A stretch of 64,000 nucleotides of DNA from Octopus bimaculoides (Eukaryota), in assembly GCF_001194135.2 (NCBI RefSeq), contig NC_068986.1, positions 72,381,218-72,445,217 on the forward strand, written 5' to 3'. Each line of letters starts with the position of its first letter. Position 1 is the first letter of the stretch. The notes beneath the pieces are model-generated. The model ran no database searches and had not been told where the DNA came from. It was given only the letters and a program-made list of their open reading frames with translations. The position numbers were made by a program, and so were the translations under genes. Positions 37,771 to 51,487 of the stretch are shown in pieces.

Positions 37771-40700
37771 TAAAAGTATTAAGTATACATACAACTGGGC
37801 TCTGCACCCTATTTGTTCTTGTCAAACCTTCCCCAACACTCTTTCATCCCACAATCACTCTTCTAACTACTTTATTATTCTGATGTAATGAACTTAATGA
37901 AAGTAGAACTGAAAATTCCATTTTCCTTTCTGTGCTACAAGTTGTCTCTCTAGAATCACTTCCTTTTAAACACCCATCCCTCATCATCAACATTGTCACT
38001 CACCACTTTTATTTTCCACTGAGCACCCTTTCTGTACTAGCAGTTATATTTCCCTCTCCCCTGAGCTACATCCTCTTTGGCAAACATACTTCATTCTTAA
38101 CACCATTTCAATTTCTGCTAACAGTCACCCTCACCATGCATTATATTCACCTCTAATTCAATCTTAACACTGTCTCAAATCTGCCATTGACCACATCCCA
38201 CCTTTGTTCACCACTCATATTTACCCTTACATAACTCTGATCTCCTCCATCTCTATCACTCAACATATCTCTCTCTCTCCACCCCCATGCTTATACAACC
38301 TTTATCCACCCACTCACCAAACCTGTAATCTTTTTATCTCTTATCCTTACCCTGTCTACAGGTTTATTCTGCTGCTCTTCATCCTTTCTGTACTTCTATT
38401 ATCACCTTGACAATGTTTCCACCCTTGCTCACCATTTCTCTTCTAATCCCATTTCTAACCATCTCTCATTCTCCTCCCTCACTTTCAAATTTTACCCACC
38501 CACCCTTTCTGATCTTCTTTCGCCACTCTCTTTTATTCATCTTATTGTACCCTAAGGGTATGCACTGATGCCTCATTACCACCATCTTTTACTTTCTTTC
38601 CAGCTCCATCCCAGTTGCTACCACCTTCCCTTTATATAATGCAAGGTAGCTATGATCTTCTTCAGCAAAAAAAAAAGGGCTACTTTTGATCCCTCTATTA
38701 TACTTTAACCTCTCAATACTTAGCATAAAGCCCCTTCCCTCTCTTCTTACACTCAGTTGAGGAGTATTTTATAATCTTGTGAATCAACATGGTGACTTCA
38801 CAAGTGCTGGTGCCATGGAAAACCATCTGGAACACTGTAAAATGGTTGATGTTAGGAAGGACATCCATCCATAGGAACCATACTAAAGTAGACATTAGAG
38901 CTCAGTGCACTCCTCTGTTTTATCAGATCTGAAATTGTTGAATTCATACCTGTACAGAAGACATATCTTAAATGATGATGATGATGATGACGATAGTAGT
39001 GGCGATGGCAACAGCAGTAGTAGCACACATATTCATATGTATACACAACATATATTCCTACATTTACTTATGTCCCCAAATATAATATGAAGTTGATTAA
39101 TAATTGTGAAACAACAAATTCTTTTGGAGTTTGTTTGTGACCAAGCGGAAGGCATTTTTCACTTTACTGAATTTCAGTTTCCAGTTTATTGAGCTGAAAA
39201 GTAAGTTCTGGATATTTCTTTACATATATATTTTTAGATATATTTCAAATGTAACATATCTATAGAACTGGATAGAACTTAATCCGGTTATTTTGTCACC
39301 ATAATTTTTTGTTGTATCAGAGCAGGAAAATGACAGCAGTGGTGGTGGGGATTAGATATAAAGTTGGCTATGAGGTTTTAGACTCTCTTGTTGGTTTCGG
39401 TTGATTTCCTTCTTTGTTTTGTCTTTTTCTGTTTTTGTTATTTTCTTAATTCTACATTTCTTTATAAAATAAGCACTTCTTGTATAATCCTTTCAATTAT
39501 TGGCACGAGGCTTGAAATTTTGGAGGAGGGGGGTAGTTCATTATATCGACTTCAGTACTTGACTGGTTCTTATTTCATGAACCCTGAAAGGGTAAAAAGC
39601 AAAAGCATCCTCAATGACATTTGAACTCAAGATGTAAAGACAGACAAAATGCTGCTTCTGCAAGCTCAATGCTGTAAGCACTTGTAGCATAATGTGTTGA
39701 GTATGTCAGTTGTCATTCTCCCATTAGAAAAGATACTTCTGCTTAACAAACTAACAAGTTGTTTTATATTTAAATATACCGTTTATCAAGTTATTTTGAA
39801 TCTGATTTTTTTTTTTTTAATTATTCATTTGGTGTACTTGGTAATATCTAAATATACTGAAAATTTGCTTGAGAAAGAGCCTTTATCTTATAGTTTTGTA
39901 GCTTTAAATAATGTCGTCATGTAGAAACTGATAAACCTCGTGAATATAAATAATCATCAGTAATATTTGGTTGTTTATTGATGAATTCTAATTAATATGA
40001 CCTTTTGATGGATTATTTCTAATATCAAATTAGATTAGTTGATCAATCCTCAGTAAGTAAATAAGACAGAAACTTTCAAATCAGTTGGATTACATCATCT
40101 AATGATTTTGTTTATAATGAAGTTCACGTGTTAAGAGAAACCAAAACTGTGTTTGCTGTTATATTCGTTCAATGAATAGTTTATGAAAACCACTTCTTTT
40201 AATTGTTAATCTAATTAATTCATTACATTGAAGTGCAATTGGAAGAGTTACTTTGGATAAAAGATACACTTGCATTCAATCTGAATTTGCACCGGAACTA
40301 TCTAAATTTTGTTTGTAAAAATACACGGAGAAATAATCTGTGATTAAATATCGATTTATGGACTTCATTTTCTGGATTTTACGAAATTATTATTTAATAG
40401 TGCAATACAAATTTAATGAAAAAATTTTCTTATGCACATTTTCTGAACGTTGCATCTATACTCAGGGAAAAGTATTTACTAATTGTCAAGACAGAAGACA
40501 TTACATTTCAACTCAGAATGGAGTATATCATTAAATTATTCCAGAAATACACCGTTGCAACTGTTATTATTGCAATAGCCATGCAGTCAGTGGATATTCC
40601 AAAATGGAAAGAGATGTAATTCCAAATTATTGGAGCAGAACTTTTCACTTGTTCAAAGAATGATTTTATCACTAATGAACTGATCATAGTTGTACTTCTT

Positions 40701-43348
40701 CCCCTTTCCTCCTCCACTTTCTCTTTTCAACTTTTCCTTATTTCTTTATATTTTAATGGCAATGTTTTTAACATTTTCAAACAGCTGTTCTTTCTTTTAC
40801 AAATTGTAATTTGAACAAATGATTATATAATGTTAGATTTAATCTTAAATGGCAAATAATTTCCTGTAAACTTAAGCACTAAAAATATTATTGCATTAAC
40901 AACCCACCTTAAAAAAAATTTTGAAATTAATATGTACTTTGCTTTATTCTATTCTCATGTGTATTTTGAATAGTTGTTAATACACCTATAATAATGTTAT
41001 GGATGTAAATACATTGGGAATATCTTATGCTGGTGTAATTGACATACAGTATATAGTATTGTCTGAGGTGGAGAATTGACAGAGTTGTTAGAATGCTAGA
41101 TAGAATGCCTTGTAGTATTCATTCTGGCTCTTTGTTTTCTGAATTAAAATCTCACCGAAGTCAACTTTGCTTTTATACTTTTAGTGGTGATAAAGTCTCA
41201 GTCTAGTGCTGGGAAAGCTCTTCTCCTCCCACATCTCTCTATTATGGCTGTAATTCAAAGGTCCAACCTTGTCACAATGTGTTGCATTGATTTAACCTCA
41301 GAATTACATTAAGGTTATGTGTTTGAGGAATACTTTGCCACTTACATCTTAATTCCATGATGAGCATTCAGTTGATTGACCGATTGACTGCTCGTCATCA
41401 AATTCAAAAGAGAACCCACCTACCAGTAGTCTCTCTTTTGAGTTGTATACTTAAATTCCACCAGGGTCAGCTTTGTCTTTCAACCTTGATTGGGAATGAT
41501 AAAATAAGTTTAAGTGAGAAATAAAGGCAATTGAAATCATACCATTATATTGGTGTGATTTCAATTGGCGTTTATCCCTCTCTTACAAAAATTGCAGCTG
41601 TGCTTAAGAAAGAATGTAGTATTCTGTTAGTATGTTGCATGATTTTGTTTAAGAAATTATTGTAAAGAATATTTTACTTTAGTATATTGTAGAAATGAAA
41701 TTCAGTTGATTTTTTAAATTTTTTAATTTATCTTCCAATAAACAAAAAGTGAAACAATCCTGCTTAATGCAATACACATCAATTTCTTCTCTATACTCTT
41801 CTAATGCAAATTATACCTACTGTGACAAAATATTCTTTTTAAATCTATATTGTTTTGGTACATTCCGTGTTTGAGCAAAGCAAGTCATTTCAACTAAAAC
41901 CTGTATGAAAAACTAATGATTACTTTCATATATTGGAACAATAATTGACATCGTGGATTTTAACTACTGAGGTTTAGATTTTTTGACAAATTTTTCGAAA
42001 TAATCAGTCAGTTATAATTTATATGAAAGTTGAATCACTAGTTAATTAATTCCAGTGAAATGTAATAATTTTTTTTTTTTTTTTTTTTTTTTTGTAAGTG
42101 AATAAATCATCAAATGAAATAGAGGTGTTAGTAACTTTTCATAGTTCAATACCTATATATTCATAATTTTTATATACTGATGATTTGAAACATTTCTAAA
42201 ATGTTCACGATACAGGTTTTAGTTATTATGATTAATTACTTAAAAAAGACATGGTTTTAAATATTAATCTGCATTAGTAATTTCAAAGCTAATAAATACA
42301 AATTGATTTTTACTTCTCTCAGAAGGAAGCAAAATGCATGATTATTTTCCTGAATGCCTAGTTTTGTTTGGGTTTTTTTACTCTTTATAGGTAATGATAT
42401 ATGTTAACAGTGATCCAATAACAACTTCTAGAAATATTTACTAAGATTTTGTGTAGAATTGTGATGATATTTTTAAAATTGAAAATTGAGATTTTTGTTT
42501 TTTTTTAATGCATAAAACTGTTAGAGAATAAAGAAAGTTATGGAGAATATTTGTCTTGGGTTTAATGATTTCATGATTTTTCTTGTACATTTGATTTGTC
42601 TTCTCTGGAGTGGTTTTCTTTCTTCCTTGTCAGTTCAATAAATACAAATACAATCTAAATTCAAAAGAAATTATGGAGCAAGCATTCTCTTGTGACCTGA
42701 AATTATTGGGAGATCAGATCAGTGACATGCTCCCGATTGTGGGGAGTGGAAAGTGAAACCAAGTTTTTGATTTGATTTTTAACTCTGGACTGAAAGTCAC
42801 TAAACTGCTTATCTGTTTGTAAGTTAGTTTCTCACTAACAAATAAGATGTTCAAAATGGGAAAACCACTTGCTATACATGATTTTTAAAAAATTGTTAGT
42901 GTTGATACTGTCAAAATGACCACTTCTTGCAAAGCAAGGAATGTTCTGCAAGGAAGTTGTGCAGATAGAACTCTAAAAATGTTAGTCATAACAGTGAATG
43001 ATAAACATTAGTCAATTGTATTCTTAAATCATCTGATATATTTTACTGTCATAATTTCTATTGCATGTAAATAAAACTTTTTCCTCACTCAGTAATTAGT
43101 AATAAAGAGTACATGTATTTATCTATGGTTTTACTATTAAATTGAACTGCTTTTTTTTTAATATTTATGTGAGGGTGAGTAGTTTAGTTTCTCAAAAAGT
43201 TTTAAAAAATTAACATCTTAATGCAGCTCAAATTTTGTTAATTATTATATTGTTTTCTGTATACGTTATTTTTTAAGGCAAAAAAGCAATTTTAAGAATG
43301 AAGTATATTTCTATATTCTTAAGATTATAAAAATATTTTATATTTTAG

Positions 43349-43548
43349 AAAAACGCTGAATCTTCTGAGACCAGTACAAATACTTATGCTGAATATGATA
43401 TCAATACAGATGAAGATGCATGCACTTCACTGAATACTGAATTTTTTCCAACTCCTGTTGGCAATTTTGATGTACAATTACAAGTGGCTTCAGAAGATGA
43501 CAGAGATAGTTTTATCAGTGGCCGATCATCTGAAGTAACTGAAAATAG
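43349..43548 (+). CDS. RAB11FIP3/4: RAB11FIP3/4-like exon 4 (acidic Ser/Thr-rich linker)
   Basis: Acceptor tattttag, donor AG|gtaaat. 200 nt open frame KNAESSETSTNTYAEYDINTDEDACTSL...SSEVTEN, phase 0 in, phase 2 out. Confidence 0.8.
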
Positions 43549-43799
43549 GTAAATTAATTCAGATTTTTTTTTTTTTTTCTTTTAAATGTTATAAACTTTT
43601 GAGTATCACTTGTTTGCATTTTAATTCAATTCTGTTATGCAAGTAATTTAAAATTATTTTTCATATCAAAGTTTTTGAGTGTTGAAGGGAATGGACTTAA
43701 TGATGATGGTCATTACCACTTGTGATGCACATTATGATGATAAGCATCGGTTTTCCTCCCAGTCTTCTCATGCTGGCATAGAAAGATAATTATAAAGCT

Positions 43800-44330
43800 C
43801 CTGCCCCTTGCTAACATGAGTTGGGACTCTCTCAGGGAGTTTTTAACAGCTAAATGCACTGCCTAATACTAAGTGATTTAATCTGCTCTTATGATATACT
43901 GGGATATGGTGTGCTTATTCTAAATAACCAGGGTGCACACTCTTTACTGAATTTAGAGTACACCACCATAAAGCAAAACTTCTGCTTAGGCTGTTAGTTG
44001 TATTTACAGGTACAACTGCTTTATCAGTGCTGCTTTTGATTATTGTCAAAAGGATTATTTTTAAGAAGCTATCTTTAGCAACTCTAAGTTGTCTACAGCT
44101 ATCCATACCATGACAAAATACGCTGTAGACATTTTAAAAGCTATCTTGGGTGCCTTTAGTGAAGTTTGCTCTATTGTAAGTGTTTTCACCAAGTCTTTAG
44201 TCTGAGGATAAACTGTGGGTTGAGGTATCTTCCTTTTTCTCTTTCAGTCTCAGAGACACTACTAAAGTCTAATGTCTGCTATTTTTCCCTCTTATTAAAT
44301 CATATGATTTTGTTTTCCTTTGTAGAAAGA
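43800..44330 (-). mobile_element. Possible Penelope-like RT N-terminal relic
   Basis: TIIKSSTDKAVVPVNTT resembles IIKPADKGxAVVVMNT. Confidence 0.3.
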
Positions 44331-45604
44331 GTAGTTTTATATTGTGAACCAATATATAACAGGTACTTATCTTGTCAGATTTATTAGGATAGAAGATAAA
44401 ACCAATCTTTATCAAATAATTCTTTCTTCACTGTTGTGAACTGCCACTGAACAGACCTGTGATCAAGGATGTTCCAGCTGTGATCTCATCTTTTTTTTTT
44501 CTCAGCTCTGAATCTTAGAATTCATTATTCAATGTGTCTATAATAGGATGTAATTTGAGGAAAATGTGACTGCTATTTCAAGTGGGTCATGCAACCATTA
44601 TTAGGCTCCTCCTCTTTGGTTCATTTCTTAAGTGTTTGTGTATTTAGTGAAGTGCTGATGAAGAATCCAAATTAATCATAAAAAACATTAGTGCTATAGA
44701 AAAGTGGGAATAGCAAAAATGTTGGATGTTCGCTTTTGAGCATTAGCATATGCACTACCTATAGTTTCAACTGCGCATTAACGTGTAGTACCTCAATGAG
44801 AATTAAACCTGACTGCAAACTTTCTGCTGTATTACAATACTTGCTACAATAAAGACTACACTATTTATAATGCTATGAATTTGACTGCACAATTATTGGA
44901 GGAGTGGATACAGTCTATTAAATCAACACCAGTTCTTGATTGGTGCTTACTTTATAAACCTGAGAGGAAGGGAAGTTAGAATGCACTCTGGCAGGATTTG
45001 AACTCAGAATGGATGTAACTAAATACTGCAAGGTAATTTGTCCAGTTCTAGCAATTCTGCCAATTTGCTGCCTTAAGGTGGTGAATCAATGAAATTGTAA
45101 TATTCATAAGAATTTAGTTATTTTACAAGATTTACATAACTTGATAAAATTTTTTTAGTAATATGGTAATTATATTTCCAAAGTTTTGTATAATCCATTA
45201 TGAAACAAGTTCTAGCTTGGATAAGTTATTCAAATAGTGAACTAATTTATTTTCGGTAGTTGATGACAAAAGCTGTTTATCGATCTTTTATTTGTGCATA
45301 ATTGTTTTTTTCCTAAGACATTATTTGTGTTATCCATTAATCAGGTTGTTAAATTTTATATATTTCTTCTGACATTAAGAAGAAAGAAAAAAAAAAATGC
45401 TGTCAGAAGTTTTATGCAACATTGAACTAGTAACTTATTGAAATGATCAATATAGCAGTAATTTATTATATCATGAGATCAAATTTGATAATACTGTTAT
45501 TTATAAATTGGTTGAATATTGTACTGCAGAATACCAAATTAAATTAGGATTTTAATGAAGACTAAATTCAAATTTTGATACAATTCTTTTAATGTATATT
45601 TTAG

Positions 45605-45709
45605 TCGTCATGACATAACAGATGAAGATAACTATGAAGATTTTGGTGAAGGAGAAGAGTTAGAGTCTCAATCAGAAGCCGACATCCCATCTCACACTAG
45701 AGGACATAT
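45605..45709 (+). CDS. RAB11FIP3/4: RAB11FIP3/4-like exon 5
   Basis: Acceptor tatattttag, donor AT|gtaaga. Phase 2/2. (S)RHDITDEDNYEDFGEGEELESQSEADIPSHTRGH; the YEDFGEG motif recalls the conserved FEDYGEG-type motif of FIP3/4. Confidence 0.85.
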
Positions 45710-46229
45710 GTAAGAATTTGAATTTACCATTTTGATTTTCATTTTGAATTAATATGGATTTTTAATACAGAATAACATAAAACTCAACTGAAATCTTTTG
45801 ACATGAGAAGCTAGAATGTTTATTCTTCACTCTTTGTTTACAGAATGGTCACATAGTTTAAAATAAGTAAGAATTTAATTTACTTCATAGGAATCCTAAT
45901 AGTATATTCAATCACTCTTGTAAAATTTAGTTTTCTTTTTCCAGAATAATTTGCTTTCAAAGAAGTAATGATAAAGGTCACATGCAGTAGACTAAAAACA
46001 CTGTAAACACCACTTCAATTTACTTTCTTCCAGCGAGTTAATGGTTATGTCTGCAAAATTTGGCATAGCTGTCAATAAATTTTCATTTAAGACTTCTCTA
46101 CATTTTTTTTGTTTTCTCTATTTATTCTATTTTTGTTTTTGTTTTTTTTCTTTTCCACAATGTTAATATTAATTTATTCGTAGCAAAGAGTTTTACAGAA
46201 AGTGTGTATGTGTGCATATATGTCATCAT

Positions 46230-46590
46230 CTTTATTTTGTCTGTTATTCCATGCTTGTGTGGGTTGAAGGAGTTTCCTCTGACACTGCATTATACCATTT
46301 GTTATCTTTTGTCATCTCCTTTATAAGGCTCAGCCTCTTGAGGTCAGTTTTCACCACTTCTTCTCATGGCTTCCTTTTCTGCGAACTCCTTCCATTTTGG
46401 ATATCTTCTTTATTCAACTGTCCATATACACTTTATACATCACATCCATATCAGCTCTGTCTTCTCTCATACATACATCTGATTCCTAGTTTTTCACCTC
46501 AGCTTAATTATGTTCCATTGCTCATGCACACCAACATTAAACAGCCAGCAGAGCATGCTTGTATCATTTCTTTGCAGCCCTTGTATATCC
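46230..46590 (-). mobile_element. RTE LINE 3' relic
   Basis: Reverse-complement similarity to 37260-37770 and 47020-47500. Confidence 0.55.
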
Positions 46591-47019
46591 TCAGTTAAGT
46601 GCCCCTTTTGTGCTATCTTGTGATATCATGATTGGCTTGTGAGAGTCATGTATAGGGGTGTTGTGAGCAATGAGCTTAATGATTAACTTAGCATGCAGGT
46701 AGTTCATAAGCTCAGTTCTAGCTATTTCCTGTATGATAATGCTCTTATAACAGACTGTAAAAATTTGGAACAGAAATTTTCGAAATAGAAACAGAAACTC
46801 ATATTGAAGGGCTTTAAAACAAAAACAAAAATCTTTTAGTAAGTTCAATGGAAGATAGGACCTGATACAATGAAAGGAATTACTATGCTCAGTATTGAGA
46901 GAATTTGAGAAATAGTGTTTCTCAAATGTCCAGATGGCCCCCTTATAGTAATTGATAACTTTTGTTTCTTAAATGATCAAATTAGCAGCAGGTTGGCCAT
47001 TCAGAAAATGTAGTAGCCA

Positions 47020-47500
47020 GAATATGAACAAGGCAAAAGAAATTAAGGAAGCTATTACCTATGCTGGCAACAAAAAGGCTTCTCCCTCAAAGTTTGTGTG
47101 CAAAATGCAAAGCTTCATAAGTGAGGTATGAGGATTGAATACAGAAGACTTGTAAAAACTTGAAAGAAATGAAATAGGCATGCTTTGCTGGGTATCTGAT
47201 ATCAGTGTGCATGGACTTTAGAGTACAAATTAGCTGAGAAAAATACTGAGTATAAGAAAAAAAAACATAGAGTGTGCTTGAGACTGTACTTGTACAAACA
47301 TTCATGTATAGAGTGACAGCTGTGTGAGGAGAGTGCAGAGAGTTCAAAGTCCATGAAATCAGTGGAAAAGAGAGACCCAAGAAGACTTGGGATGAAGTGT
47401 TGAAGACTGATCTCATGAAGGAGATGACAAAAGACCATGTCAGTTGATGGTATACAGTGCTGAAGAAAACAGAACCACCCATACAAGCTTGACAAAACTT
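47020..47500 (+). mobile_element. RTE LINE 3' relic
   Basis: Shares aacaaaaggcttctc...cccaagaagacttgggatgaagtg with the 37260-37770 copy. Confidence 0.6.
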
Positions 47501-48439
47501 GTGTTAAAATAGAGTTGGAGATGAATTAATGGAGACTAGGATATATATATATGTATATATTCATCTCTACTTTTAGGTTTTTTACTTATTAGTATCTTCT
47601 AAGTCACTTTTTGCCACCTTTCTTACTTAATCAATACCTTTCTCATCTCTCTGTCACTACTCCTATTCATTGTACCATACCACCTGTGAACATAGAGAAA
47701 ATGTTTGATCTGTTTACACTCAATAATTCCCTCTCCTACCACCACCTGTACTTTGCTATTCTTCTCTTCTTCCTAATTATGACATTTGATTAACGAGACA
47801 TTGCAGCAGAGCTTTTAGCTCCAGATACAACCCACCACCTCAAATCACTTTACTAAGATCTGTCACTTTCTTACCAGCAAACATTGCCCTTCTCTGCAGC
47901 GGACCCCGATCCCCTTCTCCCTCTGGTCACTATTAGCATCCAACTGCTTTGGTGTCTTTCTCCTATTGCAATGCCTGAGTAATGCAGATTGAATTAAATC
48001 TGAAGGAATCTTATACCACCCCCATCTACTCTATCCTCTACCAACAAATGTGTATTGCTCACCACTACACTCCTCTCAGGCCACCTCTTTATTGATACCA
48101 CTTACTCTCTTAATTTTACTCTTCTATACTGTTAGTCATTGTTCCCTCTCTTCCAGATCACTCGTTATTGAAATGTACTACACTCACTACCAACCATTTC
48201 TATGTCTATTCATCTCTCTCTTTCATTCTCTATCTCTCTCTCTGCTGTTATTGTTTCTCTACTGTTACTGTTTCCTCTTCACTCTTTATGCATTATCTAC
48301 AGTCACTCTCTATCCTATCCACTCATTTGGTTATTTTGCCCTAAACAGAGACAATATTCAGTAGTGAAGATCCTCTTTTGTTTTGCAGTATGTTTGGTGT
48401 CTTGTTTAGGTTGTGAGTGAATAAGGCATGATTGGAGAA

Positions 48440-48720
48440 TAAAGGGTTATGTCATCTATTTTGGTGTTATTGTGACAGCAGGTAAGTTACTGATGTATAG
48501 AAAGAAGATAGTAAGAACAAAATCAAACTCGTCAGAAAGAGCTCCATCAGCAAGCATAGCAATAGTGTACTCTGATAAAAAGCTACTAAGAGACAAGTGG
48601 GGCTCATAGACAGGAAGTTTTGATTGGATATTTGCATGTCAGACACAGCTGAAAGTTTTGATGTTCAGAACCACAATGCTTTCACCAAATTCATCTGAGG
48701 AAAGAGCTTACTGATGGATA
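48440..48720 (-). mobile_element. Possible CR1/Jockey-like LINE endonuclease relic
   Basis: Degenerate FFLY.SNL and SSDEFGE-like segments on the minus strand. Confidence 0.35.
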
Positions 48721-51418
48721 ACAGGAGAATGGGTCACCAGTGAGAGAGTTTTTACAAAGCTGCACAAACTGCCAGAAATAGCAAACAAACCTCCCTCAAA
48801 TTATATTCCAATAAGAAAAGAATATGTTAGATAATTTGGGTCTGAGTAGTCTGCACTTCATAGGCTAACTTGAGGCTGAACAAAAACAACAAAGGAACAT
48901 TTTGAAATTATAGGTAAAATTCTATTCAATTGAAACTGATATGGTATGAAAAAATTCACTATAATGAGTTTGCTAAAATGAAAAAAAAAGCAAAATGCAA
49001 TGATACTTCATTCTTTGCACATTTCCTACATATTTCCTACATATTTCAACAGTTAGCTCAGCAAAGAATTAGAATGTATTCAAGTTAACAAACTTTAAAG
49101 AAAACAAAAAAAAAAAACCNNNNNNNNNNAAGCATTCCAGCCATGACTGACCAGTCTGTTTTTTTTAATCAAGAGATTTTTCTTTCCAATTTTTGAACTG
49201 TGACCATCCTATTTTTTTTAATAGAAACTGTTGTTATAATGTAAAAAAAAAAAAAAAAATAGAATTTCTGATTTCATAAAAAAGAGACCAAATAATCACA
49301 GTTGAAATCCTTTTGCTTTTAGTAATGTTTGATAAATTGATAAATAAATTTTGATCCTTTATTGACCTGAAAGTTGAAATTTGCATATTTTGACTGAATA
49401 TGCAAAGAACAAAGTTAACTGGACTGTTGTGTTTTGATTTTGCAATATTTCTATTTTTGGACAGTAACATACACTAACAAATAGCAACAAAAACACAAAA
49501 AACTTTGTATTTAGAGCACTCACCTAACACAAGTCTGTGTTATAGCGTTTCACTCATTGTTAAGATGACTGGACTTCTAACCTTCAAACTGAAATTGTCT
49601 GTGTCCAAATTAATATTCTAGATTGTCTTAATGTCTGATTTAACAGGATTGTCATATCAAAAATAAATTTAGCTTTTTGGGATTTTTTAAATTTATTTTT
49701 GTATATAGCAACAAATTTTGGTTACTAGGAGCTTGATTTTTGCTTCAATCTGTTAAATATTTGTCATTATGAATCTCTCTTTCTGAGTGTTGTTTCAAAA
49801 GAGTTATGACCAGGGATTGAAACAAATGTAATTATCAGAAATCATTTTTATTGGTATTTGTTATAACATGATTTCACCTGTATATGCTTTTAAAATAATT
49901 TTGCTTAGAAAATATTTTCTGTTATACAAAAATTTACAGTAAAGATAAAAAAAAAAAATTTTTTTTCTCAGCAAAATCTATTTTCTTTCAGAAAATCTCC
50001 TTATTTACCTATTTATTAAATATCACTCTTTGAGTGGATTAGTTTGTCTATTGTTACAGGCTTAACCTAATTCTGCTACATGGTGGGAGCTTAGCATATA
50101 TAGGGAGCTGCATATCTTTCTAACCTAGACAGTTGACAGCCATTGTTTAATTATTCATACTGATGGATAATTAATAAGGCACAAACAGTTTGATATATGG
50201 TGTAATCTCTAACTAATAGCGATTTAGGATTAGTTAATATAATACTCTAGGATATGTTATGGTGTAATTTCAATTTAGCTCTTTCATTAATAGATTTATT
50301 CTAATAAGAGAAATGTGCATACATTATAGCTAAATAGTTAAAACACTTGCTTACTTACTGAAAATATGTAGATTTTAATATCTCCACTGAAAATCTATTT
50401 CAATTTTGGAAAATAAATTATTCTGATCTCAACAAATTGAATATGTCTAAAATATTTCAGTGGGATGAATTATTCAATTGTGCAGCATGGAAAAATTACT
50501 ATAAATCATTGAAAAATATATTCAGTGGAAAACTTCAAGTTTAACTGATTTTTATTTTAAATACTACATTTGAGATTTTAAAACTTTCTTCTGTATAGAT
50601 TTTAATCTAGGAAAAAAGCGTTTTACTTAAAGTGTTTATATCTTTTATCTAATTATATCAATTTATATTTAAAAGAATTTTTAAAGTACGATATGCATTC
50701 TTTTAATGTGAAATTTTGGAATGCTAAACTAATAGATATTTGGGACAGTAGATTTTTGTATATGATGATAACTAGTTATGTTTTTATGCAACTAAATTTT
50801 GTAAGGAAAGATGCAATTTTTACTGATACATACCCTGTATAATACTTGTTTGAACCAACAAGGAAGCCTCTTCATAGTTACTCAACCTCTCTAAAATCAC
50901 ATGTTACCTCAGAAATGGAAAGACATTGGATAATTTTAAATTAAAAAGTTCTAGATATCTCTAGATAGACTGGTTGGTTACAGCTTGAACAGGTTTGATC
51001 ATAGGTCTGCTAGATTAAGGTTGATGTGGGGTTAAACAACTGGTACCCATTTTATGAACTTTGGAAATATGACCTGTAATCTAGATAATCCTGGCAAGAT
51101 TCTGATTTATATGCAATGAATACTTTCAGTTACTGTCAATTTTGGAAATTCAAAGAGATAAATAGAAAATAAGTCACAAATAATTGTTTAATGTTAAAAG
51201 TATGACAGCTTGATAGATTCTTGCAAAAAATTTTAATTTTGTTCTGCATCAGACATCTTGATATTAAATTCTGTCTTAAAATTAGCTAATAAACTTTTAA
51301 AATGGTTTTAGTATATAAACTAGCATCATTCTAATTTCTTTTGATCTGTCTCTATTTCAATAAAAAGTTTAGAAGTTTAAACAATTCAGTTGATGTGATT
51401 AACTACTTTTTTTTTCAG

Positions 51419-51487
51419 TAACTGTGTTAACTGTAAAAAAGCTCGTCATCGAAGAGAACTTTTGCCTCGTCATCACAAGCGAATCTG
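51419..51487 (+). CDS. RAB11FIP3/4: RAB11FIP3/4-like putative exon 6 (69 nt, possible cassette)
   Basis: Strong acceptor (t)11cag, weak donor TG|gtactt. Phase 2/2, open frame (I)NCVNCKKARHRRELLPRHHKRI. CpG-rich relative to its flanks. Confidence 0.6.
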
